A stretch of 64,000 bases of DNA from Octopus vulgaris (lineage: Eukaryota): positions 178,498,001 to 178,562,000 of the forward strand of contig OX597816.1 in NCBI GenBank assembly GCA_951406725.2, read 5' to 3'. Both the position numbers and the translations under genes were made by a program. Shown here piece by piece: positions 12,556 through 25,406 of the stretch; position 1 is the first letter of the stretch, and each line of letters opens with the position of its first letter. The notes under the pieces were generated by a model. The model searched no databases, was not told the origin of the DNA, and saw only the letters and a program-made list of their open reading frames with translations.

Positions 12556-12891
12556 ATCCATACATACACAGATTCTTTCAGTTTCCATCTGCCAAATTCA
12601 TTCATAAGGCTTTGGTTGCACAGGAATCTAGTAGAAGAAACTTGCTCATTGTGCAATGCAGTGGGATTGAACTGAAAACCACATGGTTGCAAAGCAAACC
12701 TCTTAACGACACTGTTATGTCTGTAGCTATTCGTTAAATTTTACTCTCTCTACTCTACCTTAATTTGTCTTCATATCAATGAAGCAGTAATTATTTTTAT
12801 CACTAAAGCAATAAAGAAAATAGTGAAAAAGAATTTCCAACAGAATATGGATAGGAAAAGAATCACATTAAAAAAGAAAAGAAAAACTTAC

Positions 12892-13017
12892 CAGCGCTTC
12901 TGCAAGGTATGGCATTCCTAGATGTGATATTTGATTATTCCACAATACTAATGTATTTATTCCATTAGGGTTAAGTTTTTGACAAAGTCCTTGGCATATT
13001 TTATTTAAACCAGTATC
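12892..13017 (-). CDS. PPP1R37: PPP1R37-like coding exon 8 (LRR)
   Basis: Encodes DTGLNKICQGLCQKLNPNGINTLVLWNNQISHLGMPYLAEAL. Acceptor tttttag, donor gtaagt; 126 nt. Confidence 0.92.
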
Positions 13018-13611
13018 CTAAAAAAATGAATAATACAAATAAAGATTTAATTGTTAAAATTTCAATAAGGATTGTAAAAAAGAAAAAAACTTAACAGAAT
13101 TAAAATATCAGGTAGCAACCACTATTACAATTGCTTTGTTGATGGAGTCAGGCAGTGACACAAAGCTACAATTAATGTTTTGTTGCTATTTACACAACTG
13201 CTAATAATCCAAGATTATATCAATACTTTTCCTTTTTCCTTTTCCTCTTATTCATTTTTTACAATAATCCAATGTTCTGCTTTTTTTTTTAAAGCCATTT
13301 CAGTTTATTTCATTTAAGTGCCTTTAGGAAAAACAAGAACTTCACAAATTTCCCTGTTTTCCTCCAGGAATTCCCAGGCAGGCCTTGATTTTTTTCCCTT
13401 TCCAATTAAACATTGTTTCTATCTTTTATATTGCTTTAAAACAACACATTTTCAGGCTTAGGTCTAGGCAGCCAGCTTAATTTTACCTGATAAACTGGGT
13501 TACCTACAAGTGAAATTATAAAAGTATACCTAAGGGAAAAGCAAGTCTGTTGATAAAATGTTTTGCTTATTATATTGAAGATAAAACGCGCAAGAAACTT
13601 TAGCTAAATTA

Positions 13612-14010
13612 GCAGGAGTGGCTGTGTGGTAAGTAGCTTGCTAGCCAACAACATGGTTCCGGGTTCAATCCCACTGCGTGACATCTTGGGCAAGTGTCTT
13701 CTGCTATAGCCCCGGGCCGACCATAGCCTTGTGAGTGGATTTGGTAGACGGAAACTGAAAGAAGCCTGTCGTATATATGTATATATATATGTATGTGTGT
13801 GTGTGTGTTTGTGTGTCTGTGTTTGTCCCCCTAGCATTGCTTGACAACCGATGCTGGTGTGTTTACGTCCCCGTCACTTAGCGGTTCAGCAAAAGAGACT
13901 GATAGAATAAGTACTGGGCTTACAAAGAATAAGTCCCGGGGTCGATTTGCTCGACTAAAGGTGGTGCTCCAGCATGGCCGCAGTCAAATGACTGAAAGAA
14001 GTTAAAGAGT
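13612..14010 (+). mobile_element. SINE family A
   Basis: Near full-length match to the other copies. Confidence 0.88.
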
Positions 14011-14077
14011 TAAATTGGAGAACAATTTTGAATCTCACCAAAAGATAAAGGGATTAGGAGAAAGTCAAAATCAATAT

Positions 14078-14534
14078 TAACCCATTTGATACCATAATTC
14101 TGTTGAAATGCAGGGCCTTTGTTTCATAATTAAATTTGAAGAATTTAGAAAAATAACTATCATAACAGGAGTGGCTGTGTGGTAAGTAGCTTGCTAACCA
14201 ACCACATGGTTCTGGGTTCAGTCCCACTGCGTGGCATCTTGGGCAAGTGTCTTCTGCTATAGCCCCAGGCCGACCAATGCCTGTGAGTGGATTTGGTAGA
14301 CGGAAACTGAAAGAAGCCTGTCGTATATATGTATGTCTGGCACCTGTGCGGGTGGCACGTAAAAAGCACCCACTACACTCACGGAGTGGTTGGCATTAGG
14401 AAGGGCATCCAGCCGTAGAAACACTGCCAGATTTGACTGGGCCTCATGAAGCCTTCTGGCTTCACAGACTCCAGTAGAACCGTCCAACCCATGCTAGCAT
14501 GGAAAACGGACGCTAAATGATGATGATGATGATG

Positions 14535-14572
<38 letters not shown>

Positions 14573-14886
14573 TTGTGTGCCTGTGTTTGTCCCCGATGCT
14601 GGTGTGTTTACGTCCCCGTCACTTAGCGGTTCGGCAAAAAGAGACTGATAGAATAAGTACTGGGCTTACAAAGAATAAGTCCCGGGGTCGATTTGCTCGA
14701 CTAAAGGCAGTGCTCCAGCATGGCTGCAGTCAAATGACTGAAACAAGTAAAAGAGTAAAAGAGTAACTAATCTGGAGTTTGGAATATAAATTAACATGAA
14801 CTTTTGATGGAAAGTTTTAATTTAGTAGGCAGGTTGTATAATAGAATTAAGGGCAGCCTCAGGTTGCTTGGTATTGAAAAGGTTAA
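14078..14886. mobile_element. TTAA-flanked (piggyBac-type) MITE, interrupted by a SINE A (14165-14765) that is itself interrupted by an RTE tail (14336-14535)
   Basis: Ends ttaacccatttgatacc ... ggtattgaaaaggttaa. Uninterrupted relatives lie at ~31298-31520 and ~45558-45785. Confidence 0.7.
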
Positions 14887-15019
14887 ATCTAAGAAGTGGA
14901 AATGTGTGAAAAATAATATTTTAGAAAATCAAACAAATGATGACTCAGAAAGAGAGATTTTGATATTTCATACTACAGGGAAAAACACGTTAAAGAATAT
15001 TTTCAGAAATGCTACCCAC

Positions 15020-15165
15020 CTGAAGCTGATTATTTCTGAGATCAAGGAGCTGTAATTTACTGTTGAATTTAAGTAAATTTCCAATATCATTGCCATTTTT
15101 AGGACCCAGTTTATTGTCCCCAAGAAATAGCTCCTGTAATACTTCATTCCTTTTTAATGCTTCAA
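15020..15165 (-). CDS. PPP1R37: PPP1R37-like coding exon 7 (LRR)
   Basis: Encodes (V)EALKRNEVLQELFLGDNKLGPKNGNDIGNLLKFNSKLQLLDLRNNQLQ. Acceptor ttttcag, donor gtgggt; phase 1 to 0. Confidence 0.92.
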
Positions 15166-15210
15166 CTGAAAAAAAAGAAAAAGAAATTAAAAAAAAAAAT
15201 TAATTCAGAT

Positions 15211-15617
15211 TGGCGCAGGAGTGGCTGTGTGGTAAGTAGCTTGCCTACCAACCACATGGTTCTGGGTTCAGTCCCACTGCGTGGCATCTTGGGCAAGTGT
15301 CTTCTGCTATAGCCTTGGGCCGACCAATGCCTTGTGAGTGGATTTGGTAGACAGAACTGAAAGAAGCCTGTCGTATATATGTATATATATGTATGTGTGT
15401 GTATATGTTTGTGTGTCTGTGTTTGTCCGTTTAGCATTGCTTGACAACCAATGCTGGTGTGTTTACGTCCCTGTCACTTAGCGGTTCGGCAAAACAGACC
15501 GATAGAATAAGTACTGGGCTTACAAAGAATAAGTCCCGGGGTTGATTTGCTCGACTAAAGGCGGTGCTCCAGTATGGCCACAGTCAAATGACTGAAACAA
15601 GTAAAAGAGTAAAGAGT
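15211..15617 (+). mobile_element. SINE family A
   Basis: Full-length copy ending ~45 bp from the exon 7 acceptor. Confidence 0.88.
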
Positions 15618-15978
15618 ATTGGGAAATGGACATTAAGTGATGATGATGATGAATTGAAATACGAATTAAGCATCAAAATATTAAGACTGCTTCAAATTCT
15701 TCCAGCTTCAATTCACTTCAAGAAACACATGTAAAATGATGATGATGATGATGATAACAAAATAAGATAACATTGTTGAAAACAATTTGTCAACAAAAGT
15801 ATTAAATTAATAAGGGCGTTAACTTATGAAATTTACTTAAAAGGTTCAAGGATCTAATCCCATTCTGTCAAGTGTCTCTAAGTGATGCATCACAACACCT
15901 CTAAAAGTATGAAACAGTAAGAAATATCAACAGCTGTGGAATTCTAATTTCCAGCTCATTCTCATATAACTATGCTGA

Positions 15979-16390
15979 GGCGCAGGAGTGGCTGTGTGGT
16001 AAGTAGCTTGCTAACCAACCACATGGTTCCGGGTTCAGTGCCACTGCATGGCATCTTGGGCAAGTACCTTCTGCTATAGCCCCGGGCCGACCAATGCCTT
16101 GTGAGTGGATTTGGTAGACGGAAACTGAAAGAAGCCTGTCGTATATATGTATATATATATATATGTGTGTGTTTGTGTGTCTGTGTTTGTCCCCCTAGCA
16201 TCACTTGACAACCGATGCTGGTGTGTTTACGTCCCCGTCACTTAGCAGTTCAGCAAAAGAGACCGATATAATAAGTACTGGGCTTACAAAGAATAAGTCC
16301 CGGGGTCGATTTGCTCGATTAAAAGGCGGTGCTCCAGCATGGCCGCAGTCAAATGACTGAAACAAGTAAAAGAGTAAAAGAGTAAAGAGT
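15979..16390 (+). mobile_element. SINE family A
   Basis: Full-length copy with GAGTAAAA tail. Confidence 0.88.
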
Positions 16391-16932
16391 ATCATTGCTG
16401 CATCAGTTAGAGCTAGATTAGATATTGGTGTGTAGTCTCATTTTAAATATATTATTTTATTTTAATCAAATTAAACATTAAATAAATAGAAAACAGTACA
16501 TCATTTTACATCATAAAACAAACGATTAATTTGTGAGGATCATCCTCTTCCTCCTCCTCATCATCTTCATTTAACATCTGTTTTCCATGCTGGAAAGCAG
16601 TCTGAATGGAGCTGGTAAGCTGAAGAGCTACACCTGGCTCCAGTCTGTTTTGGCTGGGTTTCTACAACTGGATGCCCTTCCTAATACCAACCACTCTAAA
16701 CTACACTCTTTAGAGTGTAGTGAGAATCTTTTACATGTCACTGGAATGGGTGCCTTTTACATGCCACCAGCACTTGCCATGACCACAATTTCACTTAGCT
16801 TGATGTGTCTCTCCAAGTGCAGCAAATCGCCAGAAGCCTCATAGATTGAAGTATATATTGTCTAAGTAATCAAACATAGAAAAGGTAAAGCTGCAATAAA
16901 ATGAAATTAAATATTTATAAAATTCAACTAAC

Positions 16933-17083
16933 CAAGAACAAGCAAACAGTTTTCTGTTATAGAAGTATTTTCAAGATGAAGGACAGTTAAATTGGAACCC
17001 AATTTCAGAGATCGACCAAATATGGTTATAATACAATCATTTAGTTGACAACCTCGAGCATCCAGATAATGAAGACTGGGAGT
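16933..17083 (-). CDS. PPP1R37: PPP1R37-like coding exon 6 (LRR)
   Basis: Encodes TPSLHYLDARGCQLNDCIITIFGRSLKLGSNLTVLHLENTSITENCLLVL. Acceptor ttccacag, donor gttagt; phase 0 to 1. Confidence 0.92.
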
Positions 17084-17488
17084 CTGTGGAAGATAATAAT
17101 AAGGATAATGTCATGAAATAACCATAATATTATGAAAATACTCTTCAATAATTAAACTGCCTTCTTACAATATTAAATTCTTTTTTTGACTACCATAAAA
17201 ACCTATGTAATTTGCACACCTGTGTAATTTAAGGAGGTATTTTCAGGATAAAATTTGTTAAAAAAAGCTTCTACTCATGTAAACTTCACACCCAAACGTT
17301 TTCAGAATTGCTAATATAGCCAGGGAAAAAAGGTTTCCAATTTAGTTGTATTTAGCATAATTTCACTTACTTATGATTAGATTTTATTAAATTTTCATTA
17401 AATAAAAATAATTTCTGTTTAACAGGTATCACATTAAAGCTATTAAATTACAGTGTTTGAGTTGTTTATAATAAACTTTATTTTTACA

Positions 17489-17914
17489 CTAGCCTAAGTA
17501 CCCGGCATTGTTCGGAAGTTTAAAGAATGCTAAAGGAAATAAATATATTTATTCTGATAAAAAAGATATTTTCAGAAAAATTCTATCAGATAATGTGAGT
17601 ATAAACAAAGTAATTAAAACAAATCCTGAAATGAGGGCAGCAATATGGCAGAATCGTTAGCATGCTGGGCTAATTGCTTAGCAACATTTTGTCCATCTTT
17701 ACGTTCTGAGTTCAAATTCTGCCGAGGTCGACTTTGCCTTTTATCCTTTTAAGGCGCAGGAGTGGCTGTGTGGTAAGTAGCTTGCTTACCAGCCACATGG
17801 TTCTGGGTTCAGTCCCACAGCGTGGCACCTTGGGCAAGTGTCTTCTACTATAGCCTCAGGCCGACCAAAGCCTTGTGAGTGGATTTGGTAGATGGAAACT
17901 GAAAGAAGCCCATC

Positions 17915-17959
<45 letters not shown>

Positions 17960-18059
17960 TTTCTAGTTTCAGCTCAGAGCTGCGGCCATGCTGATGCACC
18001 GCCGTGAGATATATATATGATATATATATAATCATGGACGTTAAACGATGATGATGATG

Positions 18060-18090
<31 letters not shown>

Positions 18091-19358
18091 TGTGTGTGTG
18101 TATATGTGTGTCTGTGTTTGTCCCCCAACATTGCTTGACAACCGATGCGGGTGTGTTTATGTGCACGTAACTTAGCGGTTCAGCAAAAGAGACAGATACA
18201 ATAAGTACTAGGCTTACAAAGAATAAATCCTGGGGTTGATTTTTTTGACTAAAGGCAAATGACTGAAAAAAGTAAAAGAGTAACTGCTAAATATACAATG
18301 TTTTCAGTGTGTCCTGTAATTGGAGTACAAAGAAAAAAAGTTTTGGGACTTCCTACTGGTGAACATCCTCCATATAATTGTCCATGAGAGAAGCAAGGAG
18401 AAGCAAGGTTAAGCCCAACAGCATTGAGAGATTGGGCTTGAGATTTGTTTATGGATGTAGCAAAACTTAGTTTCACTGGGTGGGAACTGGAGCTGTTTCA
18501 ATTTACAGGTGATGTTAGATGGGATTAATGGGATCTGTGGAATGAAGACATCGTCACCCTTGTATTTCCCAAGAGAAATGAATTTTGGTGGTAAGGATTA
18601 AACATATTGCTTCATTATCACAATTAAAAAATGATTATCTTTACTTTAAAGAAGAAGAGGTGGAGGTCGTAGACGTATGATGGAGAATTATTCAATATCG
18701 TGTTTGCTTCTATCAGAATTGTTTACCTTTGAAGCGAAAAAAACAAAACCGACATATGCGACAGGTATGTAAAATGTATTTCTAGCTTTGAAACAAAAGT
18801 TTAAAATTTAGTGCCCCCCACCCCCGAACCTTCCCCAAGTAATGAAAAGCTTTCATGCCAAATTTAGTACACATTGATCCAGCGGCTTTGCCGTGCAGAA
18901 CAATAAGCTGTATAGCTACAGGGAGACTGTAGATCGATTTCAAATCAGAGGTAGGACCAATATCTAAGTAGAAATAGTCACATCGGATTTCAATATGAAA
19001 TATCAAGTGTACTCTGGCTAATTTTATTAGGTCCATTCCACGAACAATTATTTGAATAACTCATGTCAATATCTCTAACTTACGTCACAGGAATATTGAA
19101 CTTTAAAACTTATAAAGTTTATCATATAAATTGAAAGATATCCTACAGTGTATAAGTGTGTGTCTGTATGAAGACCTTTCGTTATTTAAAAACCTGACTG
19201 TTTCTTTTTCGTTAAATCTCTTGTTTCATTATCACAATTAAAAAGTGTTTCAGCATTGTTTACCTTTAAAGCGAAAAAACAAAACCGACATGATCTCCAG
19301 GCAGTCAAATTTGGTACAGATTGATCCAGTGGTTTGGCCATGAATAGAGGAAACACAC
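17489..19358 (-). mobile_element. Helitron remnant with PIF1-like helicase C-terminus
   Basis: 3' end ...aatgccgggtacttaggCTAG|T at 17489. Positions 18285-18570 encode KLSFATSINKSQAQSL..GLNLASPCFSHGQLYGGCSPVG..TENIVY (RepHel motifs V/VI). Confidence 0.82.
17753..18281 (+). mobile_element. SINE family A with extra tail fragments in its internal microsatellite, preceded by a SINE-B 5' half (17635-17750)
   Basis: Head and tail match family A; GGACGTTAAACGATGATG (RTE tail) sits at ~18035. Confidence 0.8.
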
Positions 19359-20452
19359 AAGCTTCAAGCATATAGTTTCCATCCAGATATTGTACGATGG
19401 GTTGGTGCCTTCCTCTCAGATCGCTCCTTCCAAGTCCAAGTTAATGGTTTGCGGTCCGACGTCTCCAGTGCGAGCAGTGGCGTGCCTCAAGGTTCAGTGC
19501 TTGGACCCTTGTTGTTCTTAGTCTTCATAAATGACTTGCCCGACGACCTCACGCAACACACCCTTCTATTTGCCGACGATATCAAACTGGTCGCTCCTCG
19601 CGGTAATATAGAGGATCTTCATCGATGCCTCCACCAAATTTGGAAGTGGTCTAACCATTGGGACCTGTGTCTGAACGTGTCAAAGTGCTGTCATCTGCCT
19701 GTCGGCTCTACTCCTGCAACTCAACTTGATTTCGAGCCGGGTCGTCTGCTGCTGGAGAGGACCGATCAGGTAAAGGACCTAGGTATCTTGGTGGATTCCT
19801 CCTTTTCGCCTTCGGCCCAGTGCGTCCATGCTGCCAACAAAGCACGCGGAATTCTGTTCTTAATTCGATGGTCATTCGGAATGCTCACAGCAGCCATATT
19901 CCTACCACTCTATGTCATGCTGGTGAGACCCATATTGGAGTATGGGATTCAAGCCTCTTCTCCTTATCTCCTCAAAGACATACAGCATCTCGAAAGAGTC
20001 CAGAAGCTGGCTACCCGCATGGTTCATGGTCTCAAAAATTTGTCCTACGAAGAAAGGCTGAGGACGCTCGACCTTTATTCTCTTGAAAAACGCCGCCGCC
20101 GTAGTGATCTCATTCTCGCCCACAACATCATAAGCGGAAAGTGTAACCTCTCGAAAGAGCTGTTCTTCACTCCTGCTCCAGAGTGTCAGCTGCGGGGTCA
20201 TTCCGAAAAGCTCTACCTGCGACGATTTCATCTCAATCGAAGGAGAGGAGCTTTCTCCGTCCGGGTTGCGGATCCGTGGAACAAGCTGCCAGACGAAATG
20301 GTAAAGATGCCGACGACTGCTTTGTTCAAAGCCTCCCTTGACCTCAAGTGGCCTGAACTCTTTACATGAACACCACCCTGTACTCAACTCCATGTCCCCC
20401 TACATGGCCTTGCTATTTGCTTTTGAGCCAAATTAACTAACTAACTAACTAA
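19359..20452 (+). mobile_element. 5'-truncated CR1-type LINE (RT C-terminal half, frame intact)
   Basis: Motifs SGVPQGSVLGPLLFLVFINDL, LFADDIKL, VKDLGI, LVRPILEY, LERVQKLATRMV, WNKLP. Stop at 20369; (TAAC)n tail. Confidence 0.93.
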
Positions 20453-21682
20453 CACACACACAGAGGATTTTAGTCCAATCTTTAGCATACTGCTGTATGT
20501 CTTCTCAAATCACGATCACAGGAAAAGTTGTTGATAAGAATTACCAACAAAACCAAAGCTGATAAATACGCACAGGTGTTGCAAATTAAGTTTAATTAGC
20601 AATAATTATTAATGGTTTTAGCAAATTTGTACAGAAAAAGTAAGCATTATACCGTCCAGCATAAATAAAAGTCAACTTCATTTCAACAGAAAAAATGAGG
20701 GCTTAAATAAGCCGTTATTTTTTCTGTAAAAACCTATTCTGACATTAAATGAGTCAACTTTTGGTGCGAATGTTTACGTTTTGTATGTCTTTTTGCAACA
20801 AAAAAACAAAAAATTCTGGAAACGATTTACTCATGTAATTTACGCACCCCTAAAGTTTATTTTTATTTTTGCAAAAAAAAAAATGCACAAATTACATGGG
20901 TTTTTATGGTATCTACATTTAAGACTGTCAATTAAACCATATATCATCCACTCTCTTTACATCAGTGCAGTAGGAAAACAAAAAAATTCTATATACCAAA
21001 GTATATTTATGTGTTTGACATATATACATTGCTGTAGAATTAATTTTGGGATTATAATGTAAGTTCTTGGCAAACAGCATAAGTATTAGACTATTATCAA
21101 GCTTAGTTTATCTTGACCTTCAGCAGAGTGACTGTACTTACAAAAAGTATGACCTAGTTTAGAAGTGGATATACAAACTTACTAATTGGTAGAAGTTTGA
21201 CACTAGTTTCATCTAATGAGAATTTATAATAGCCCTAAAATTAACACAAATATGTAAATTATAAATTAGCTTATCAGCTTATAAGTTAACAACTTTTTTT
21301 CCACAGATTATAGCTATCATATCTCTGAGAAAAACAAGGTTCAGTACGGCTGGTTGGCAATTAGAGAGGCCGGAAACTGTTCTAATACCCATGCTGTTTG
21401 GCTGAGAATTTGCAGTATATTGCCATAAATTTATTCCACAGAAAGACTGCATATAAATACACTTCAATAAGCTGAAATTTTCAATTTACCATACAGGACT
21501 AAAAACTTGTTTTCAAATGTTGATTTTTATTTTAAAAGTTACATCTACATACACACACACATATACACAGATATATATATACATATATATAAATTCAAAA
21601 TGGCTGAAGAAGATTAGCATTACGCTTGAAACTCAGGTAGCAATGAATTTGAATTGAAGGCCATGTTGGAGCAAACTTATAT

Positions 21683-22092
21683 AGGTGCAGAAGTGGCTGT
21701 GTGGTAAGTAGCTTGCTTCCCAACCAGATGGTTCTGGGTTCAGTTCCACTGCATGGCACCTTGGACATGTGTCTTCTACTATAGGCTCGGACCAACCAAA
21801 GACTTGTGAGTGGATTTGGCAAACGGAAACTGAAAGTAGCCCGTCGTTTATGCATGTTGTGTGAGTGTGTGCGCGCGCATGCATGTGTATATGTTTGTGT
21901 GTGTGTTTGCCCCCACTCAACATTGCTTGACAACTGATGTGTTTATGTTTCTGTAACTTAGCGGTTCGGCAAAAGAGACCGATAGAATAAGTACTAGGCT
22001 TACAAAGAATAAGTCTTGGGGTCATTTTGCTCAACTAAAGGCAGTGCTCCAGCATGGCCGCAGTCAAATGACTGAAACAAGAATAAAAGAAT
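21683..22092 (+). mobile_element. SINE family A
   Basis: Full-length, moderately diverged copy. Confidence 0.85.
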
Positions 22093-22216
22093 ACACACAC
22101 ACAAAGTTATGTACATTATTTATCTTCTGATTTTTTTGATATCACAACTTCTATCAATATTTCAAAGTTTACATATTGAAATGACTGCAAAAATGTAAAT
22201 AAAAATTGCAATAAAC

Positions 22217-22336
22217 CTTTCGGATCATATTTGAGCAGGCTTGCCATCCTCTAATTCCAATATCTTTATTAAAAGACATATTCAGTTTCATTGTGGAATC
22301 ATAGTACTCAATCATATCAAAAAGAGCTTCAGCAGT
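22217..22336 (-). CDS. PPP1R37: PPP1R37-like coding exon 5
   Basis: Encodes TAEALFDMIEYYDSTMKLNMSFNKDIGIRGWQACSNMIRK; the ALFDMIEYY..RGWQA motif is characteristic of the family. Acceptor tttgcag, donor gtttat; 120 nt. Confidence 0.93.
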
Positions 22337-23607
22337 CTGCAAATAAATGGAAACAAAAAGTGATTTTTACTAAAATAATAATAATAAAAAGACTAAGGTT
22401 TTTCAGTTTGCCTTTATGTAAATATAACTTATGATTTAATTCATTTTGTCTTATTCATAGTAAAACTCATATCAGTCCCAAGCAATCAGTTAATTCTTGT
22501 ATTTTCTTGAACCTATTTATGGCATTGTTCATCTTCAATTACCAAATATTTTAATAATTCCCATCAGCTATTTTCACAAAACTGTGTTGTTTCATACATG
22601 ACATGCTTTCAATTGTTAAATCTCTTCTTAGTTCCGTAGTTTGTTTTTAGTCATCATGACCAAGGCCATGTGGGTCCAAAAATCATCTTCAGAAATTGAA
22701 TGCTATATCTCCCTCATGTGTATGATGGAATCTCTGATTGAAGGCCTCTCTGCTTTGATTGTGGCTTTTTGCAGAAAGTTGACAAAGAATGATAGAAATA
22801 AATGTAGCTAGATGCTTTATAAATGTCTGAGGAAAACTTTAGCCATGTTTCATAGTCCTTTTGGAAGATGATAGGATTACATTTTTGAAAAAATTCTACA
22901 GGCCCTCATTCGTTCCATGCTAGCCAGTGTTACTTTCATGTGAAATCTAATTGCTTAGACCTACTATTTTTTTTGTCTATTACGGATTTATCACACGTGC
23001 TGTGTACTTGACCTACAGTACTTATAACACTTCACATTCATTGTATGTCATCAGAAGCAGCATTGTTTTTTAATGTCATCTTTTCTATGCTTGCATGAAT
23101 AAGACACAATTTATTGAGACAAATTTTCTGTGGTCAGAGGCTTCTGTTGTCAACCATTACCAGTTCCAAGCAAGGTAATATTTTCTCTTAGGCTGAACAT
23201 GTTTTCACAAGTAGGATTTGTATGAAGGTGACATTTTTTTACAATTAGCATGCAATGTCAGGTCAAGGTGACATACATACACACACCTATATATAATGGG
23301 CTTCTTTTCAGTTTCCATTTACTTAAATTTATTGACGAGGCATTGGTTGACCTGGAGCTATAGTAGAGCCTGATCAAGATGCTGTGTAGTGGGGCTGAAC
23401 CCAAAGTCACATGGTTGTAAAGCAAACGTATTAGCTTCACAGTCATGCCTCACATACATAAAATATCAGACAAAAACCCAAATAGCTTTATGTAGTAACA
23501 TAATTAAAAAAGAAAAATATTAAATTAATCAAAGAAGTATTTCAAAACTAAGTAAACTTCAATGAAATATTAATCCAAATGTGACAAACTAACAAATAAA
23601 ATATTAC

Positions 23608-23708
23608 CCCATCGTCCAAATCACAAATTTTAAGAACAATACTTTCAAACTGAACTCTTCGAAAGACTTCTTCCAGAGCTTCACAATGTTTATGATCCAA
23701 CTGTTCAC
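23608..23708 (-). CDS. PPP1R37: PPP1R37-like coding exon 4
   Basis: Encodes (G)EQLDHKHCEALEEVFRRVQFESIVLKICDLDDG. Acceptor tttcaag, donor gtaata; phase 1 to 0. Confidence 0.92.
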
Positions 23709-24684
23709 CTTGAAAGACAAGAATATTTATTTCAAAATACATGTATTCTATCTGAGATAAAATGAATGAAGACTATTCTATTCACAGTTACAAATAACAA
23801 TTTAGTAATTAAGAATAAACACTGAGATAAATAGGTATTTTTTCCAGGAATACAACCTCTTTCTTTCAATAGGATTCATCGACATCTTAGAGAATAATTT
23901 CTCATTAATTATATTGCAAATTGCTATTTCATATCTATTAGCAACAATTCATAATTAGATTGTTTTGCAGCAATACTTGTTAGGCAAGTGGCTTGATCTG
24001 AGATCATGGAAAGCGGACGTTAAACCCCAATACTCAACTGGTACTTATTTTATCAACCCTAAAAAGATGAAAGGCAAAGTCAACCTTGGCAGAAATTGAA
24101 CTCAGAATATAAAGACAAACAAAACACTGCTAAATATTTTGCCTGGCATGCTAACGATTCTACCTTACGCTATATTACAACAGTAAGAAGCAAATTTCTC
24201 AACTATCTTTTAAAAATGTGAGAATATGAACATTAGCAATTATAAACATGTTCTTTAGACCAAATCTGTGACCAACCAGTCTATTTATATGTGTAGAACT
24301 ACAGTATCTAATGTGCCCTTTCATTGAAAAATAGTAGGATGTGACTTGAGGGAGATTTGGCTGCTAGAAATAGCAGCCTAATGTATTTAATAATTTCATG
24401 AAGAATAAGACTTGTGAAATTATTGCAATACACTAGCAAGCACCATAGAGAAAACAAAGAGTACAAGCTGGTTGTAGCCAATTCATTTGACTTACATCTT
24501 TTATATGTTGAGTAAAAGTATGAACACCAATACATTTATTCCTTAAAGTCAAAATTGACAAATCAACTATTGGTAAAGACTGTGACTTTCAAATAATTAA
24601 CTATTTGACTCTACATAATTTACCAAAGTACAATATAATAACAAAGTTTATCTTATGTAATTTTTGTTGAGAGGTTACAGCTCT

Positions 24685-24930
24685 GGTACTACAGACGTGT
24701 GATTAGAATGTTGCAGGAAAGAATTGCAAGATGAATTCTTCAAGCCGAGCCAACTGGCAAGAGACCTAGGGATAGACCAATGATGAAATGGTTGGAAAAT
24801 ATCCATAGTCACAGTTGGTTACACTTGGGAATCCAGCCAGAAAGTCTAATGACATTTGCTTCTGATACAACCCTATGGAGGAGGTGCCTGAGGATTCTAC
24901 CCTCATGAACCTCCCAGTGAAGAAGAAAGA
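24685..24930 (+). mobile_element. Decayed 3' end of a second RTE/Expander-type LINE
   Basis: Translates to ILQAEPTGKRPRDRPMMKWLENIH..W..LGI...LWRRCLRILP. Confidence 0.6.
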
Positions 24931-25360
24931 TGGAGGGATTAAAATAAAAAAAAAAAATAAAAAAAAGAAAAGAAAAGAACAAAGAGAAAGTTGAAGATGT
25001 ATTTATTTTCATAGTCCTATCTCATAGAGGTGAAATAGCCAAGTGGATAAAGCATTGCACTACTAGCTCATGTGATAAGAATCCAAATCTAGTACGAAGA
25101 AGTAGTTGTGTTTTGGTAGTAAACTTCTACATTCTTCAAAAGAGCTAATGAACAGAATTCACTATAACCTTTGGACTTGTTACCTGCAATACACTGGACT
25201 TGCTAGCTACAATGTCCAGTCTATGTGGAGTTTTATCTGTCAATATTACATGATTCAAGAGTTAATCTTTTCAACCGTTTCATCAAAAGATACGTGTTGT
25301 GATAATTATTTGGAACATAAAGGTTCTTTATTAATCAAATAGAATTTTAAAATTATTTAC

Positions 25361-25406
25361 CTTGAAGAACGAAAGATTTATGCCTATTCCAGCAATTTTT
25401 TACATT
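25361..25406 (-). CDS. PPP1R37: PPP1R37-like coding exon 3 (46 nt)
   Basis: Acceptor tttttttacag, donor gtaaat. Encodes NVKNCWNRHKSFVLQ(G); phase 0 to 1 bridges exons 2 and 4. Confidence 0.8.

Larger units (their letters stand above)
17191..20911. mobile_element. Tc2/pogo-type non-autonomous TIR element split by nested insertions
   Basis: Matching ends TACCATAAAAACCTATGTAATTTG (17191) and CAAATTACATGGGTTTTTATGGTA (ends 20911), TA termini and internal echoes of the subterminal motif. Confidence 0.72.

Noticed and set aside
14804-15055. 83-aa plus-strand ORF
   Set aside because: It comprises a MITE end, intron sequence and the antisense of exon 7, with no independent coding signal.
22480-22990. 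Possible DNA-transposon remnant in the intron between exons 4 and 5
   Set aside because: I could not confirm TIRs or a catalytic motif by eye.
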